Positions 50,303 to 60,250 of a DNA stretch of 64,000 nucleotides are shown here, in pieces; within the stretch, counting starts at the first letter, position 1; each line of letters begins with the position of its first letter. Origin of the DNA: Flavobacteriales bacterium. Lineage in GTDB: Bacteria > Bacteroidota > Bacteroidia > Palsa-965. The notes beneath the pieces were generated by a model. The model was not told the origin of the DNA, ran no database searches, and saw only the letters and a program-made list of their open reading frames with translations. The stretch is from the NCBI GenBank assembly GCA_040377305.1, contig JBEIPA010000004.1, forward strand, positions 32,001-96,000. The letters are read 5' to 3'. A program made the translations under genes and the position numbers.

Positions 50303-50508
50303 TCACACGTCGGGTGATCTGTTTTCTTATGCACCTTTTTGTGAGCCGCGACGTCAATGAAACAAGGACGCGCGCAAGAAATTTTCATTCCATCTTTTCA
50401 AAACAAGAATGAAAAATTGTTGCAGCGCGATTCATCCTGCCTTGTTTCATTGACGGCGTGGCGGATACCTTTGCATAAGGAAACAAATCACCGAAACCGA
50501 TGTTGTGA
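50303..50508. promoter_or_regulatory. About 200-nt imperfect inverted repeat (Frpo-like single-strand promoter candidate)
   Basis: Arms such as CGTCAATGAAACAAGG/CCTTGTTTCATTGACG; the right arm holds TTG-N21-TACCTTTG. Confidence 0.7.
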
Positions 50509-50554
50509 CCAGGACCAGCGAGAAAGCAGCAGAAGGATTATCTTTATAGGTACA

Positions 50555-50737
50555 ATGGAGACGAAACAATTTCCGGAATGCCCGCAATGCGGACGCACGC
50601 TATACGATCTAACGGTCGCGCATGAGCAGACTGGTTACATTTGTGATTGTCACAATTTGTTATTCCCGTCGGATTTCAAGATGTGTGAAAAGGGATTTGA
50701 TGAATCTGTGGAGTGGTCAGAGTTTTCCAAGAATTGA
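50555..50737 (+). CDS. Small zinc-ribbon protein
   Basis: METKQFPECPQC...ICDCH; ATG at 50555. Confidence 0.45.
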   Translation: METKQFPECPQCGRTLYDLTVAHEQTGYICDCHNLLFPSDFKMCEKGFDESVEWSEFSKN

Positions 50738-50809
50738 TTTTGAGAAGTGTCTGAATCCGCTGATTTCAACTTGACTGATGTCATGGACCTATACACACGA
50801 CCAAAACTC

Positions 50810-51310
50810 TTACACAGTATAAGCATCAATCATGATTTCGCCCGTATCCTTAACTTCTTTCATTGCATGAAGCGAAGGGATTACCTCAGACAAACTGTCC
50901 AGAAACACATTGAGTTGCTTGAGAAATATTCGGAGGTTCTTCATGAATTCCTCATAAATTTCTCGCGTGCGACGTCGAGCCTTGTCGTACTGGTTTAAGA
51001 TCCATGCTTTCATTTTCAATGATTGCCCGGTAAATCCAATTGAGGCGAGTCGTTGTAAAAAGTGTGTGCGAGTTCTTTCATCCTGCAGTAATCCGCGGAG
51101 TAGTTTTAATTCGCTTTGCAGAACTTCCTTTGCTTCATAGAACGCACCCATAAACAGCTCAGGTTCCATGCTGTCTTCGCATATCTGAATGAACTCGTGA
51201 TACTCAAATATTTCTTGCAGACAATCTGGAATACCGTCGAGAAATTCCAATACCGAATCAATGGGGTTGTCGAGATTGGGGTTGAGCAATTGCTCGCGTA
51301 CTGGAGGCAT
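50810..51310 (-). CDS. Helical hypothetical protein
   Basis: 166-aa ORF with an AT-rich leader. Confidence 0.65.
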   Translation of the reverse strand: MPPVREQLLNPNLDNPIDSVLEFLDGIPDCLQEIFEYHEFIQICEDSMEPELFMGAFYEAKEVLQSELKLLRGLLQDERTRTHFLQRLASIGFTGQSLKMKAWILNQYDKARRRTREIYEEFMKNLRIFLKQLNVFLDSLSEVIPSLHAMKEVKDTGEIMIDAYTV

Positions 51311-51348
51311 GGCTATTAGTTTTTATTAAATAGAAATTGGGGAATTGT

Positions 51349-51813
51349 TTATGCGTTGTGCGCAGGAGTTGGGAGATATAGAACTATGTTATTCACATCT
51401 GGATATTCCCCTTGGCCACAAGCTGTGCTATAGCTGACTGTCGGAGGGTAGGTAGCGCCATTCACTTGCAGTAGTAATTGCAATACGAGCACAACTATTC
51501 GTGCGATGAGCGCTGCCTGTCCGATTCCGGGAGCAAGCCATGTAATCATGTTCACCATGAATTCTGTTAGCTGCCACCAACCGACATTTGAAATGCACGT
51601 CCATACAAGCGTCTTCAGGTAGCCCTCTGTATACATGGCGGAGATAATCTTTACGACCGTCTGGGGACCGAATGCCTCGGCCATTGTTGCGGGCAACAAC
51701 AAAAGAAAACCAGCGTCGCGGCTGAGTGTTTGTACATAAGCCCATACGGCCTGTGCAGGGGTGGGATAACCATACATTCCTAAAATGCCAACAACGGTAG
51801 TGTATAGAAACAA
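51349..51813 (-). CDS. Hydrophobic protein, possibly a 5'-truncated remnant
   Basis: Begins at TTG two codons after an in-frame stop, next to the end of the HTH gene. Confidence 0.4.
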   Translation of the reverse strand: MFLYTTVVGILGMYGYPTPAQAVWAYVQTLSRDAGFLLLLPATMAEAFGPQTVVKIISAMYTEGYLKTLVWTCISNVGWWQLTEFMVNMITWLAPGIGQAALIARIVVLVLQLLLQVNGATYPPTVSYSTACGQGEYPDVNNIVLYLPTPAHNA

Positions 51814-51829
51814 TGCCCACTAGCTCTCC

Positions 51830-52123
51830 TTAAAAATCCATCAATTCCGCTACTGTTGTATCTAACGCGGTAGCCAATATGAAGAGGCTGGCAATGCCGG
51901 TCTCGTAGTGCCCCTTCTCGATGCGGTTAACCGTCGTTCTGCTCAACCCCGTCTCAAAAGCAAGCTGACCTTGCGACAACCCTTCCTTCTCACGCAACTT
52001 GCGCAAGTGATTTCCGAACGCCTCCAGGAACGGCTTTGTTTCACCCGCAGAGTGCTTGCTTACGCGCACGGATTTCTTCGCCTTCTTGGCTGTTTTTGCG
52101 CCCCCTGTTTTCTTTCTGTTCAC
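51830..52123 (-). CDS. XRE-family HTH regulator (controller-protein-like)
   Basis: FGNHLRKLREKEGLSQGQLAFETGLSRTTVNRIEKG. Confidence 0.88.
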   Translation of the reverse strand: MNRKKTGGAKTAKKAKKSVRVSKHSAGETKPFLEAFGNHLRKLREKEGLSQGQLAFETGLSRTTVNRIEKGHYETGIASLFILATALDTTVAELMDF

Positions 52124-52155
52124 GTTTGGAAAGTACAGACAGTGAAAATTTAAGC

Positions 52156-52191
52156 TGTGCCAAGTTTGGCACATGTGCCATATTTGCTACA
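52156..52191. promoter_or_regulatory. Tandem operator
   Basis: TGTGCCAA-GT-TTGGCACA followed directly by the degenerate copy TGTGCCATATTTGCTACA. Confidence 0.6.
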
Positions 52192-52210
52192 TTAGCGTAA
52201 ACAGCAATCG

Positions 52211-52945
52211 GTGAGGATAGTCATCCTTTTAACAGTGAGTCTAGTCTTCGCGTGCAATGCGCACGTGACACTCCCGCACGTGGCAATATTCTCCACTGTC
52301 GAGCCCCTCATGCGCTCCGACACCACCCACACCGGTTTCTTCACCAACGTATCGCTCTTCGATACCGCTTACGATGAAATAAAGTATGTAACAACACAGG
52401 GAAACATTTATGTTCCCAATGAAGGCTCGCAGAATTTCCTCCTCTGTAGATACGATACCGCCACCTTGCAACCTATCTGGGTTGCAGTTGGCGGTGGTCG
52501 TGGCGGCGATGGTGGATGCAACTACTACACAGTACCACCGGAGAACGCGGTGTATGTCGTCGGCTATTTCGAAGACACGGCATACTTTCCGCATCGTGCC
52601 GGGATGCTAGTGTGCGACACACTCATAAGCAACGGCATGGCAGATATGTTCATCGCCAAGTATTCATACAGCAATGGAGTACTGCTGTGGTGCAGATCCG
52701 CCGGAAGTAAATATTCCGATATCATCTTCACCGACAACCTGGGCGCACGACATCAGGAAACAATACTGATTGTTGATAGTGTGCACATCACTGTATATGC
52801 AAACTTCTTTGGCCCCTTACGTATCGGCGACCAATCAGTTAATGCATCACTGTCCGGTTCGGCAGTGCAGATAAGCTTTGATAAGAAAACGGGTGCAGTG
52901 CGTGAAGCGCAGATTCCTACAGTATTGCCGGATGACAAAAAATAG
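52211..52945 (+). CDS. Lipoprotein with SBBP-like beta-propeller blades
   Basis: Lipobox VFAC; VYVVGYF and DMFIAKY...G.LLW.RSAG. Confidence 0.65.
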   Translation: MRIVILLTVSLVFACNAHVTLPHVAIFSTVEPLMRSDTTHTGFFTNVSLFDTAYDEIKYVTTQGNIYVPNEGSQNFLLCRYDTATLQPIWVAVGGGRGGDGGCNYYTVPPENAVYVVGYFEDTAYFPHRAGMLVCDTLISNGMADMFIAKYSYSNGVLLWCRSAGSKYSDIIFTDNLGARHQETILIVDSVHITVYANFFGPLRIGDQSVNASLSGSAVQISFDKKTGAVREAQIPTVLPDDKK

Positions 52946-53005
52946 CAGACGAGTACACTGGTAACACTTCGTCTTTCAAACCCATGAGATCAAAAAGAGT
53001 GAGCA

Positions 53006-53236
53006 CTATTGAAACACAAAGAATTCGCCAATCTGAACGTCAAGAGCTTTCGCGATATGAAATAGCGTTTCGGCTGTCGGGTTCTGTTCGCCGCGCTCGA
53101 TCAGCCCGATCGCTTCACGCCGTAACCCTGCCTCATAGGCGAGTTGATCCTGCGAAATTCCCTGGGCTTTGCGTAGTCCCCGCAGTTTGCGCCCGAGCTT
53201 CTTAAGAAATGCACGTGATTGTTTATCCGACTTCAC
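53006..53236 (-). CDS. XRE-family HTH regulator
   Basis: LGRKLRGLRKAQGISQDQLAYEAGL...IERGEQNPT. Confidence 0.9.
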   Translation of the reverse strand: MKSDKQSRAFLKKLGRKLRGLRKAQGISQDQLAYEAGLRREAIGLIERGEQNPTAETLFHIAKALDVQIGEFFVFQ

Positions 53237-53333
53237 ATGTCAAAAATCCCATCCCAAATTCAAACAAAAGAGCTATTTACCGCTCTATATACATTTAATT
53301 GATATATTTATCACTCTTTTCAAAAACAAACCT

Positions 53334-54044
53334 ATGAAACCCACTTTTCTCCTCTTTGCATTGTGCTTCTTGCTATCGGCATGCTCCGATCCCGACTACA
53401 CCGGCTTGTGGTTCATGCGCGGTCACAACGTCTGGATCACTATCACGCACGAAGACAACATCTTCCAAGTGGCCGGACCATTCGCATTCAATGGCGGGTA
53501 TGTACTCGATGACCAAGGCCGGATAGTCAATTTGAAAGTAGATAGTGCGCAGTTCGAATATGATGCGGCAAAGGACATCCTCACGTGGCACGGCAACAAG
53601 CGCTGGACGCACAGCGAAGTCTTCGAACGTCCCGAGGCTGCTGGTAAAACAACAGATGAAATCGAAAACTATGAGGGATCGATTGTCGAATGCTCCGAGG
53701 CCGAAGCCTATCCCGACACGAACGGTCTTGAAGGCACGTGGACGGCACAGTTCGATTTCTATGCTGGGTTTGAAACGGCAACACTCGTTATTCGCCGGCA
53801 TGAACCGAGCGATACCTGCGGCGAATATCAATGCACGTGGTGGACTTCAAATGCTGGCTCAAACAAAACCGTGTACAAATGGTGCGGGCACATGAACACC
53901 GGTGTGCTGGAAGCCGACATGCAGATGAGCAAACGGCAGGCCCGCATGTACGCAGTCAAGCAAGAGAACGGTACGCTCTCGGTATCCTTCTTATATGAGT
54001 CAGCTCAATATCTGCCATGGCGGTTAGAGTTCAGTAAAAAATAG
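53334..54044 (+). CDS. Lipoprotein with two lipocalin-like repeats
   Basis: Lipobox LSAC; YTGLW and LEGTW strands. Confidence 0.65.
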   Translation: MKPTFLLFALCFLLSACSDPDYTGLWFMRGHNVWITITHEDNIFQVAGPFAFNGGYVLDDQGRIVNLKVDSAQFEYDAAKDILTWHGNKRWTHSEVFERPEAAGKTTDEIENYEGSIVECSEAEAYPDTNGLEGTWTAQFDFYAGFETATLVIRRHEPSDTCGEYQCTWWTSNAGSNKTVYKWCGHMNTGVLEADMQMSKRQARMYAVKQENGTLSVSFLYESAQYLPWRLEFSKK

Positions 54045-54389
54045 TTCGGAAAGCAATACATACCACTTGCAAACTAAAATCACGCACTCATTAAAATAAT
54101 TTGACTTCACCAACGTTTCTGCCATACATTGCAGAAATTCTAAAACATCTCTATCCGGTGCCGCTATACTCCCCCTCATAGTGGGGCACTGGAAGACAGA
54201 AGTGCACGAGTGACGCGCATTCCCGCCCAACTCTACTTCTGTCACGCATTAAGACTGTGGAGAAGGCAGGTGCCGAGAGAGAAGAACGAACATATCGTAG
54301 TGTAATACCCTTGGCGTACATCTTCGGATGCATGCCCGCGTTGTCGTATTCAATAAAAACCTGAAGTATAAATCAATACCTACCCACCA

Positions 54390-57300
54390 ATGAAACAAAA
54401 ACTCAAACGAGCAAAGCAACTGTTCTTGCTAGCCTCAATCGGTATGGCCTCGATGCTAACCGAGAAAGTTGCAGCCCAAACCTGCGCAACACCGATGACA
54501 CTACCCATTGATACCTGTACTACGTACTCAGTCAATGATTCTGTGGTATGGTTGACTTTTAATTCCGGCGCCGGCGCTTCTTGGTGCAATATTACGCTCT
54601 CCGTTCCGTCAGGTGGACCCAATACAATTGTCGCTGGCGAACTGTACTCTGGAACGTGTACATCGTTGAGTTTGGAGCAAATTTCAATGAATGATATAGG
54701 AACAATCCTTATTAATGGGAATATCACTGCATCTACGACATATCTCGTAAAAGTAATTCGATCGAGTGCGACCAGTGGACAAATAGAAGTTTGCCTAAAC
54801 GTGCTCACTACCATTGCTCCATGTCCCACATGTACTCCCACGGCGTGTCAGTTGATTTGTAATCCGAACTTAGAGTTGTACTCTGGAGCGAACAATCAAG
54901 GTCCTGCCAATTTTGGTGGTGGCAATGTTTGTAACTGGGGCGTGCCAAATATGTCGCCGCCAAATCCTAATTTTCCGCCAAATGCTGGAACAGCAGATTA
55001 CTTTAACTCGAACTTCACAAATACATGGCTTGATCTTACAGGTTTCCCCGGCTCAGAACCTGCACATTCTGGAAATGGCTATGGTGGGATTTATTGTTAT
55101 GCCAGTACCATGCCGCTATATCGTGAATTTATTCAGCAGCAACTTCAAGCGCCATTAGTTCAGTTTCAATCATACACCTTAAGATTCTGGATTAGCCTAG
55201 CGGATGCATCGGGCTTCGCGGTCAATGATATTGGCGCATATATTTCTACTACCCAACCAGTGCAATCGCCAAATCCCTCTGTCCTGAATTTTACTCCGCA
55301 AATTACTGCCGGAACTGTAACAACGATCAATGGTTGGGTGCAAATCACTGGCACGTACGTTGCAACTGGAGGAGAGCAGTGGATTACTATCGGCTCTTTC
55401 GGCAACTCTCAAGTAGCAACTCCCGTTCCGATCCCTCCGCCTTTTCAATTAGCTGGCCCATATCCAGCGCCACTGCTTACTAACCCAAATCTCGGGGCGT
55501 ATTATTTCATTGATGACATTACCTTGGAATATTCACCGGCACCGTCATTCACGTGGAGCGGAACCTGTAGAATCAATTTCACTAATAACCTAGACTGCAT
55601 TGATCCCACTGCCCCAAATGCATATACATGGGACTTCGGTGATGGGAGTCCGATAAATACCACTGAGAATCCTACGCACACCTTTCCACTAAATGGACAT
55701 CAGTACACCGTAACACATACCATTACGACACCAAACGGGAATGTTTATACGTATACCGCTATTGTTATTCAACCAGGAGGTCCTATTGCTAACATTGTTG
55801 GCTATGCAACGAACAATTGCGGCGCTGGGACGATTGGGTATACAGCGACTCCTTGTGATCCTAATATTCAATACAGTTGGGTTGTAAGTGGTGGCACACC
55901 TATCTCTGGCATCGGTTGCAACATCAACGTAGATTGGGGCGGTCAAGGAGGCTTTATTTATTTAACCGCGTTCGATCCGATAAATGATTGTACTACCCGC
56001 GACACCTTGGAAATACCTCCTTGTTGCCACGGTCCCGGTTTGCGAATTGATAACATGACAGCATCGCAGGCGCTTAGCGATCCGTTGATTCTTCCTTTTG
56101 TGACAGGTGGAAATACCATTACATATCCGAATAATATATTTATTACGGGTGTCTTCACCGTTGACGTTCCCATCACGTTCCTGAATTGCCCGATGATAAA
56201 CATTGGAGGAAATACACCGATCCTGGTCAATCCCGGGCAGACACTGACATTCGATGACTGCACGACAGAAGTACTGTGTGACTACATGTGGGACGGCATC
56301 TACTTGGCAAACGTCACATCTACGGCAAACATTATCAACGGCTCCGTATTGCAACAAGCAAAAAACACAGTTGTCTCAAACAGCGGAGGCCGATACACAA
56401 TCGTAAATTCAACTTTGCAGAATAACTACAGGGACATCGTAGTTAACGCATACTTGGGTACGCATCCAGGAGTAGTGCGCGGTACTGATTTTCTGATGAA
56501 CAGTCCATTCCTTACTGCAGTGCCTGCCTTTCCTTTCGGACACAACAAGACGATCTGTGCAATCGAAATCTACGATAACGCAGACATTACTTTCGGAGAT
56601 GCTACAATAATTGCTAATCGTAACCGCTTCAACAATGTTGCTGTTGGGGTGCGATCCAACAACTCTAATACAAAAGTGATTAACGCGCGCTTCAATAACA
56701 TGAGTGGCAACATCAATATTCCCAACGCGGGAACAGGTGTCGTAGCAAACGGTCAGAAGAACGTAACGTATCAAGCGGCAATAGTCGTTGGCGGGACCGG
56801 ATTAAACAAGTGCGTATTTACTACCATGAGAATCGGGGTCGATGTTTACGACATCGTTAATGTGAATGTCCTTAATAACAATATCTCGGAAATTCGTTTG
56901 TATGGAGTTCGATTGCAAAGATGCCATCAGCGTGTGATCAACATCAATGACAATCTGATGACCAATGCATCTGTTACCTACGGATTCAACACCGGATTCC
57001 TGTTGCTTGAATGTTATGACGCAACTGTTAACATCAATTCAAATACGATACTGCAGACTAACACTGTCGCTGGGCAAGTTGGAACTGGTATTCGTGTGGC
57101 TCTAGTAACGCCTGGTAACGTAATTCTGAATATAGTAAACAACGTCTCGGTCGCACGAGTGCGGACGGGTATTCTGTTAGAACGCCTTATCGGAAAGGAT
57201 CTTGTTTACGTCACCAACAACACAATCAGCTTTGTAAAACCGAATGCGAACTACACGGTTCCGCATCATGGTGTGCATTTGGTTGATTGCGGTGGCAAGG

Positions 57301-58538
57301 TTCGCGTCGAGTACAACATCATTCAGAAAAGCGCACCGATCCCTACAACTTTCGGCATGCGGAATAATCTGCGTGGTGTAACTATTCAAAACAGCCCAAC
57401 CAGTATTGTCGCGCACAATACAATCACGCGCATGGGCACCGGAATATATGGTCAGGGGATCAGCAGTAACAGCACACTCGCGTGCAACACCCTTGTTCGA
57501 TGCTTTGACGGATTCTACTTCCTGCCAGGGTGTGATATTGGCGATCAGGTCATCAATCCAACAAACGGGAATCCAACTCCAACGGGAAATATCTGGACAA
57601 GTTCCATTAACTCGGATTTGAACGGTGGGATTTTCCCGGGAATTTTCTGGTACAGAGATGCATCATATTCACCAGTTGTGGCTGGAACGATGGTGGGTGG
57701 AAGTTTGAATGGGGCAGGTAATACAACCACATTATCTGGCAATCCATCTGCTTGTACAATCATCCCTCTCTTTGCACCGCCAGCCATTGATCGCGAGCAA
57801 AATGCAGGGGTTCCGGTTCTGAATCCAACGCCCACTCCGGGCAGCGAACAAGGCTATATTGTGCGACAGAAAGCGCATCAGAAATTGCGCGAAGTACCGT
57901 CGTGGATGACGCTCGGAACGCCTCAAGATTCGCTGTATACGAACTTCTACATGGAGCAAGACAATAGCAACATCGGGCTTTTCCGTAACTTCGAGGATAT
58001 GGCAGCCGTAGATAGTGCAGTATTGGCAGGCGCGATCCTCGGAACTATCGTTGATACTAACGTGTCTGAAACAAACCTCAAAACTGTGTACTCAATCTAT
58101 CAGCAGACTTGGATGCAGGGCGTAAATGAGTTCAGCGCTGCAGACAGCATGACTCTTGAGAATATCGCGGTGCAGCCGTCAGCAGACGCAGGTGAAGCAG
58201 TTTACGCGGCTCGTGTAATGCTTGCGATTCAAGTTGATGACGATGCGCCGAGTGGCGAACGTTACGGTGCTGAAATGGAAGAAGAATCCATAAGCACAAT
58301 GGAGATTTTTCCGAATCCTGCAACAAACCAAGTGACAATAAACCCAAATCTCGCGGAGAACCAGTCGGGCGTTGTAGAGGTTTCTGACGTTCAGGGCAAG
58401 ATCGTTCTGTCTAAGCCGGTGACTGCTGGAAGCACGACACTTGATGTATCAGGTCTTGATAACGGGCTGTACTTCGTCCAGTTGATTGTTGATGGAGAAT
58501 TAGTCGAGACGAATAAGTTAGAAATAGTACACGAATAA
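54390..58538 (+). CDS. Large T9SS-secreted protein (CBM-like, PKD and parallel beta-helix domains, type A CTD)
   Basis: Signal peptide, YTWDFGDG, Asn-rich beta-helix repeats and IFPNPA...GLYFV. Confidence 0.88.
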   Translation: MKQKLKRAKQLFLLASIGMASMLTEKVAAQTCATPMTLPIDTCTTYSVNDSVVWLTFNSGAGASWCNITLSVPSGGPNTIVAGELYSGTCTSLSLEQISMNDIGTILINGNITASTTYLVKVIRSSATSGQIEVCLNVLTTIAPCPTCTPTACQLICNPNLELYSGANNQGPANFGGGNVCNWGVPNMSPPNPNFPPNAGTADYFNSNFTNTWLDLTGFPGSEPAHSGNGYGGIYCYASTMPLYREFIQQQLQAPLVQFQSYTLRFWISLADASGFAVNDIGAYISTTQPVQSPNPSVLNFTPQITAGTVTTINGWVQITGTYVATGGEQWITIGSFGNSQVATPVPIPPPFQLAGPYPAPLLTNPNLGAYYFIDDITLEYSPAPSFTWSGTCRINFTNNLDCIDPTAPNAYTWDFGDGSPINTTENPTHTFPLNGHQYTVTHTITTPNGNVYTYTAIVIQPGGPIANIVGYATNNCGAGTIGYTATPCDPNIQYSWVVSGGTPISGIGCNINVDWGGQGGFIYLTAFDPINDCTTRDTLEIPPCCHGPGLRIDNMTASQALSDPLILPFVTGGNTITYPNNIFITGVFTVDVPITFLNCPMINIGGNTPILVNPGQTLTFDDCTTEVLCDYMWDGIYLANVTSTANIINGSVLQQAKNTVVSNSGGRYTIVNSTLQNNYRDIVVNAYLGTHPGVVRGTDFLMNSPFLTAVPAFPFGHNKTICAIEIYDNADITFGDATIIANRNRFNNVAVGVRSNNSNTKVINARFNNMSGNINIPNAGTGVVANGQKNVTYQAAIVVGGTGLNKCVFTTMRIGVDVYDIVNVNVLNNNISEIRLYGVRLQRCHQRVININDNLMTNASVTYGFNTGFLLLECYDATVNINSNTILQTNTVAGQVGTGIRVALVTPGNVILNIVNNVSVARVRTGILLERLIGKDLVYVTNNTISFVKPNANYTVPHHGVHLVDCGGKVRVEYNIIQKSAPIPTTFGMRNNLRGVTIQNSPTSIVAHNTITRMGTGIYGQGISSNSTLACNTLVRCFDGFYFLPGCDIGDQVINPTNGNPTPTGNIWTSSINSDLNGGIFPGIFWYRDASYSPVVAGTMVGGSLNGAGNTTTLSGNPSACTIIPLFAPPAIDREQNAGVPVLNPTPTPGSEQGYIVRQKAHQKLREVPSWMTLGTPQDSLYTNFYMEQDNSNIGLFRNFEDMAAVDSAVLAGAILGTIVDTNVSETNLKTVYSIYQQTWMQGVNEFSAADSMTLENIAVQPSADAGEAVYAARVMLAIQVDDDAPSGERYGAEMEEESISTMEIFPNPATNQVTINPNLAENQSGVVEVSDVQGKIVLSKPVTAGSTTLDVSGLDNGLYFVQLIVDGELVETNKLEIVHE

Positions 58539-58545
58539 CAAATTG

Positions 58546-58576
58546 GTCCCGCCCGTCAAAAACGGGCGGGACTTTT
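58546..58576 (+). terminator. Intrinsic terminator or processing hairpin
   Basis: GTCCCGCCCGT/ACGGGCGGGAC followed by TTTT. Confidence 0.7.
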
Positions 58577-58579
58577 ACA

Positions 58580-59542
58580 ATGCGAACGGTTAAAGTTTTA
58601 TTCGCAATAGTGCTCGCTCGATCCCTTCTCGGATCGGTAGCTAACGCGTATGGTCAGAACCTCGTACCTAATCCAAGTTTTGAAAATTTTGATACGTGTC
58701 CATTGTATACAGCACAATTTTATCGCTGCGACATATGGGAAAACCCAACGAGTAATACGCCGGACTATTTCAATGAGTGCTGGAACGAAGGATGGTATGA
58801 CAGCCCTGACGTGCCGATAAATCGGTTTGGTTCAGAACCTGCACGGACAGGTCAAGCGTATGCAGGACTATATTGTCAGTATAGTGGTGTGAATGGCCGT
58901 GAGTACATTTCTGTAAAACTGAATGATACATTGGTTGCGGGCAGTAGGTATTGTGTTGAGTTTTTTGTCACGCTGGGCGATTCGACATGGGGAGGCATAA
59001 ATTACATGGGAGCACATTTCTCCGCTGTGCCTGATACGATGTCTGACTACTATTTTAACCTACCATTCCAACCACAAATAGAAGACACCACGGTCATAAC
59101 AGATACAACAGGATGGGTGAAGATAAGCGGGACGTTTATCGCGCAAGGCGGCGAGACCTATATGACGATAGGTGTATTCAAACCAGATTCAATGCTTACC
59201 TATGATTCTATACAAGGTGACGGCTCAGTCCGATACACTTATTACTTCATTGACGACGTGGCAGTTTGGAATTGCGATACTGCTACTCCCACCTATCCGA
59301 ACTTCACCCTGTTTCCGAATCCATCGAATGGAGAATTTTATATCAGTGGAAATTTCCCAGAAGCAACACATTTGCTCATCTACAACATGCTCGGTCAGAA
59401 AATAGGCGAATCAATTGCGCTGCCGACAGGGCACAATTTATTCTCCATCAATTTGGAACTCGCGCAAGGAGTGTATTACTATGAAATAGTTTCTCCTACC
59501 GAACAACTTACCGAAGGAAAATTTGTCATCCTAAAATACTAG
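58580..59542 (+). CDS. T9SS-secreted protein, homologous to the N-terminal domain of the upstream gene
   Basis: QNLVPNPSFE, TPDYFN, GREY, GWVKISGTF.A.GGE, YYFIDDV and FPNPS. Confidence 0.85.
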   Translation: MRTVKVLFAIVLARSLLGSVANAYGQNLVPNPSFENFDTCPLYTAQFYRCDIWENPTSNTPDYFNECWNEGWYDSPDVPINRFGSEPARTGQAYAGLYCQYSGVNGREYISVKLNDTLVAGSRYCVEFFVTLGDSTWGGINYMGAHFSAVPDTMSDYYFNLPFQPQIEDTTVITDTTGWVKISGTFIAQGGETYMTIGVFKPDSMLTYDSIQGDGSVRYTYYFIDDVAVWNCDTATPTYPNFTLFPNPSNGEFYISGNFPEATHLLIYNMLGQKIGESIALPTGHNLFSINLELAQGVYYYEIVSPTEQLTEGKFVILKY

Positions 59543-59547
59543 AAAGC

Positions 59548-59916
59548 ATGGCCTCAATTGACTTTCGATTCACGACCGAGAAACCGCTAGTGCTAATTCG
59601 AGGATTGCGCCTTCAATTTTTGAAAATGCATATCGCAACAGGAAAAATCGACGACGTGTATTTCCGCTTTCTCTGGAAAGAAAAGGATGACAAGAATGAC
59701 GGAGACCCCATTTCGCACTACAAGGACATTGGACTGAACTCCTATGTCCACCCATATCAGGCGAAATCAGAAACTGATTTTGAATTTCGCGACTATGACC
59801 CCAGACCTATGGTTCGCTTTGAGGAGAACTTAGGTGGCGTTAGTATCGCAGCAATATCCAAAAGCAACACACCTTTTGATGTCACGGCACATGTAGTTAT
59901 TGACGATTCCGAATAA
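59548..59916 (+). CDS. Hypothetical protein
   Basis: 122-aa ORF starting 5 nt after the upstream stop codon. Confidence 0.5.
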   Translation: MASIDFRFTTEKPLVLIRGLRLQFLKMHIATGKIDDVYFRFLWKEKDDKNDGDPISHYKDIGLNSYVHPYQAKSETDFEFRDYDPRPMVRFEENLGGVSIAAISKSNTPFDVTAHVVIDDSE

Positions 59917-59934
59917 CAGTTCTGTTCTTCTCCG

Positions 59935-60099
59935 TTACTGAGAGTTGGATAGTATTATCCAAGTGCAGGAAATCAATGCTACAGCTGCAATTACCGCAAG
60001 CGCGACGTACATTCCTTTTTTCGAAGGGTTTGTGAGTTCAAAGTGAAAAGTATTCTCACTTACAGTCACAATCATCTTTTCTTGTTTAGGTGTGTTCAT
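59935..60099 (-). CDS. 54-aa single-TM peptide
   Basis: My translation: MNTPKQEKMIVTVSENTFHFELTNPSKKGMYVALAVIAAVALISCTWIILSNSQ. Confidence 0.4.
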   Translation of the reverse strand: MNTPKQEKMIVTVSENTFHFELTNPSKKGMYVALAVIAAVALISCTWIILSNSQ

Positions 60100-60250
60100 A
60101 TGTCATATTTTGTACGGTGCTATTATTTTAATTTGCGAGCACATTCAAAAATAAATTTCAACTTTTTGCGAATTATTTGAGAATAAACGCGAGTTGTGAC
60201 TGTATAACGGCTCTCGATATTCTCCCTGCGGTGTATCGTATCTTTGTTCC

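Noticed and set aside
50287-50554. N-terminal extensions of radC (to 50388) and of ORF 50357-50737
   Set aside because: Both run through the non-coding hairpin; the downstream ATGs at 50286 and 50555 are better starts.
54155-54340. Cobalamin or other known riboswitch
   Set aside because: The core consensus elements (GGGAA, GCCACTG B12 box) are not in the expected arrangement.
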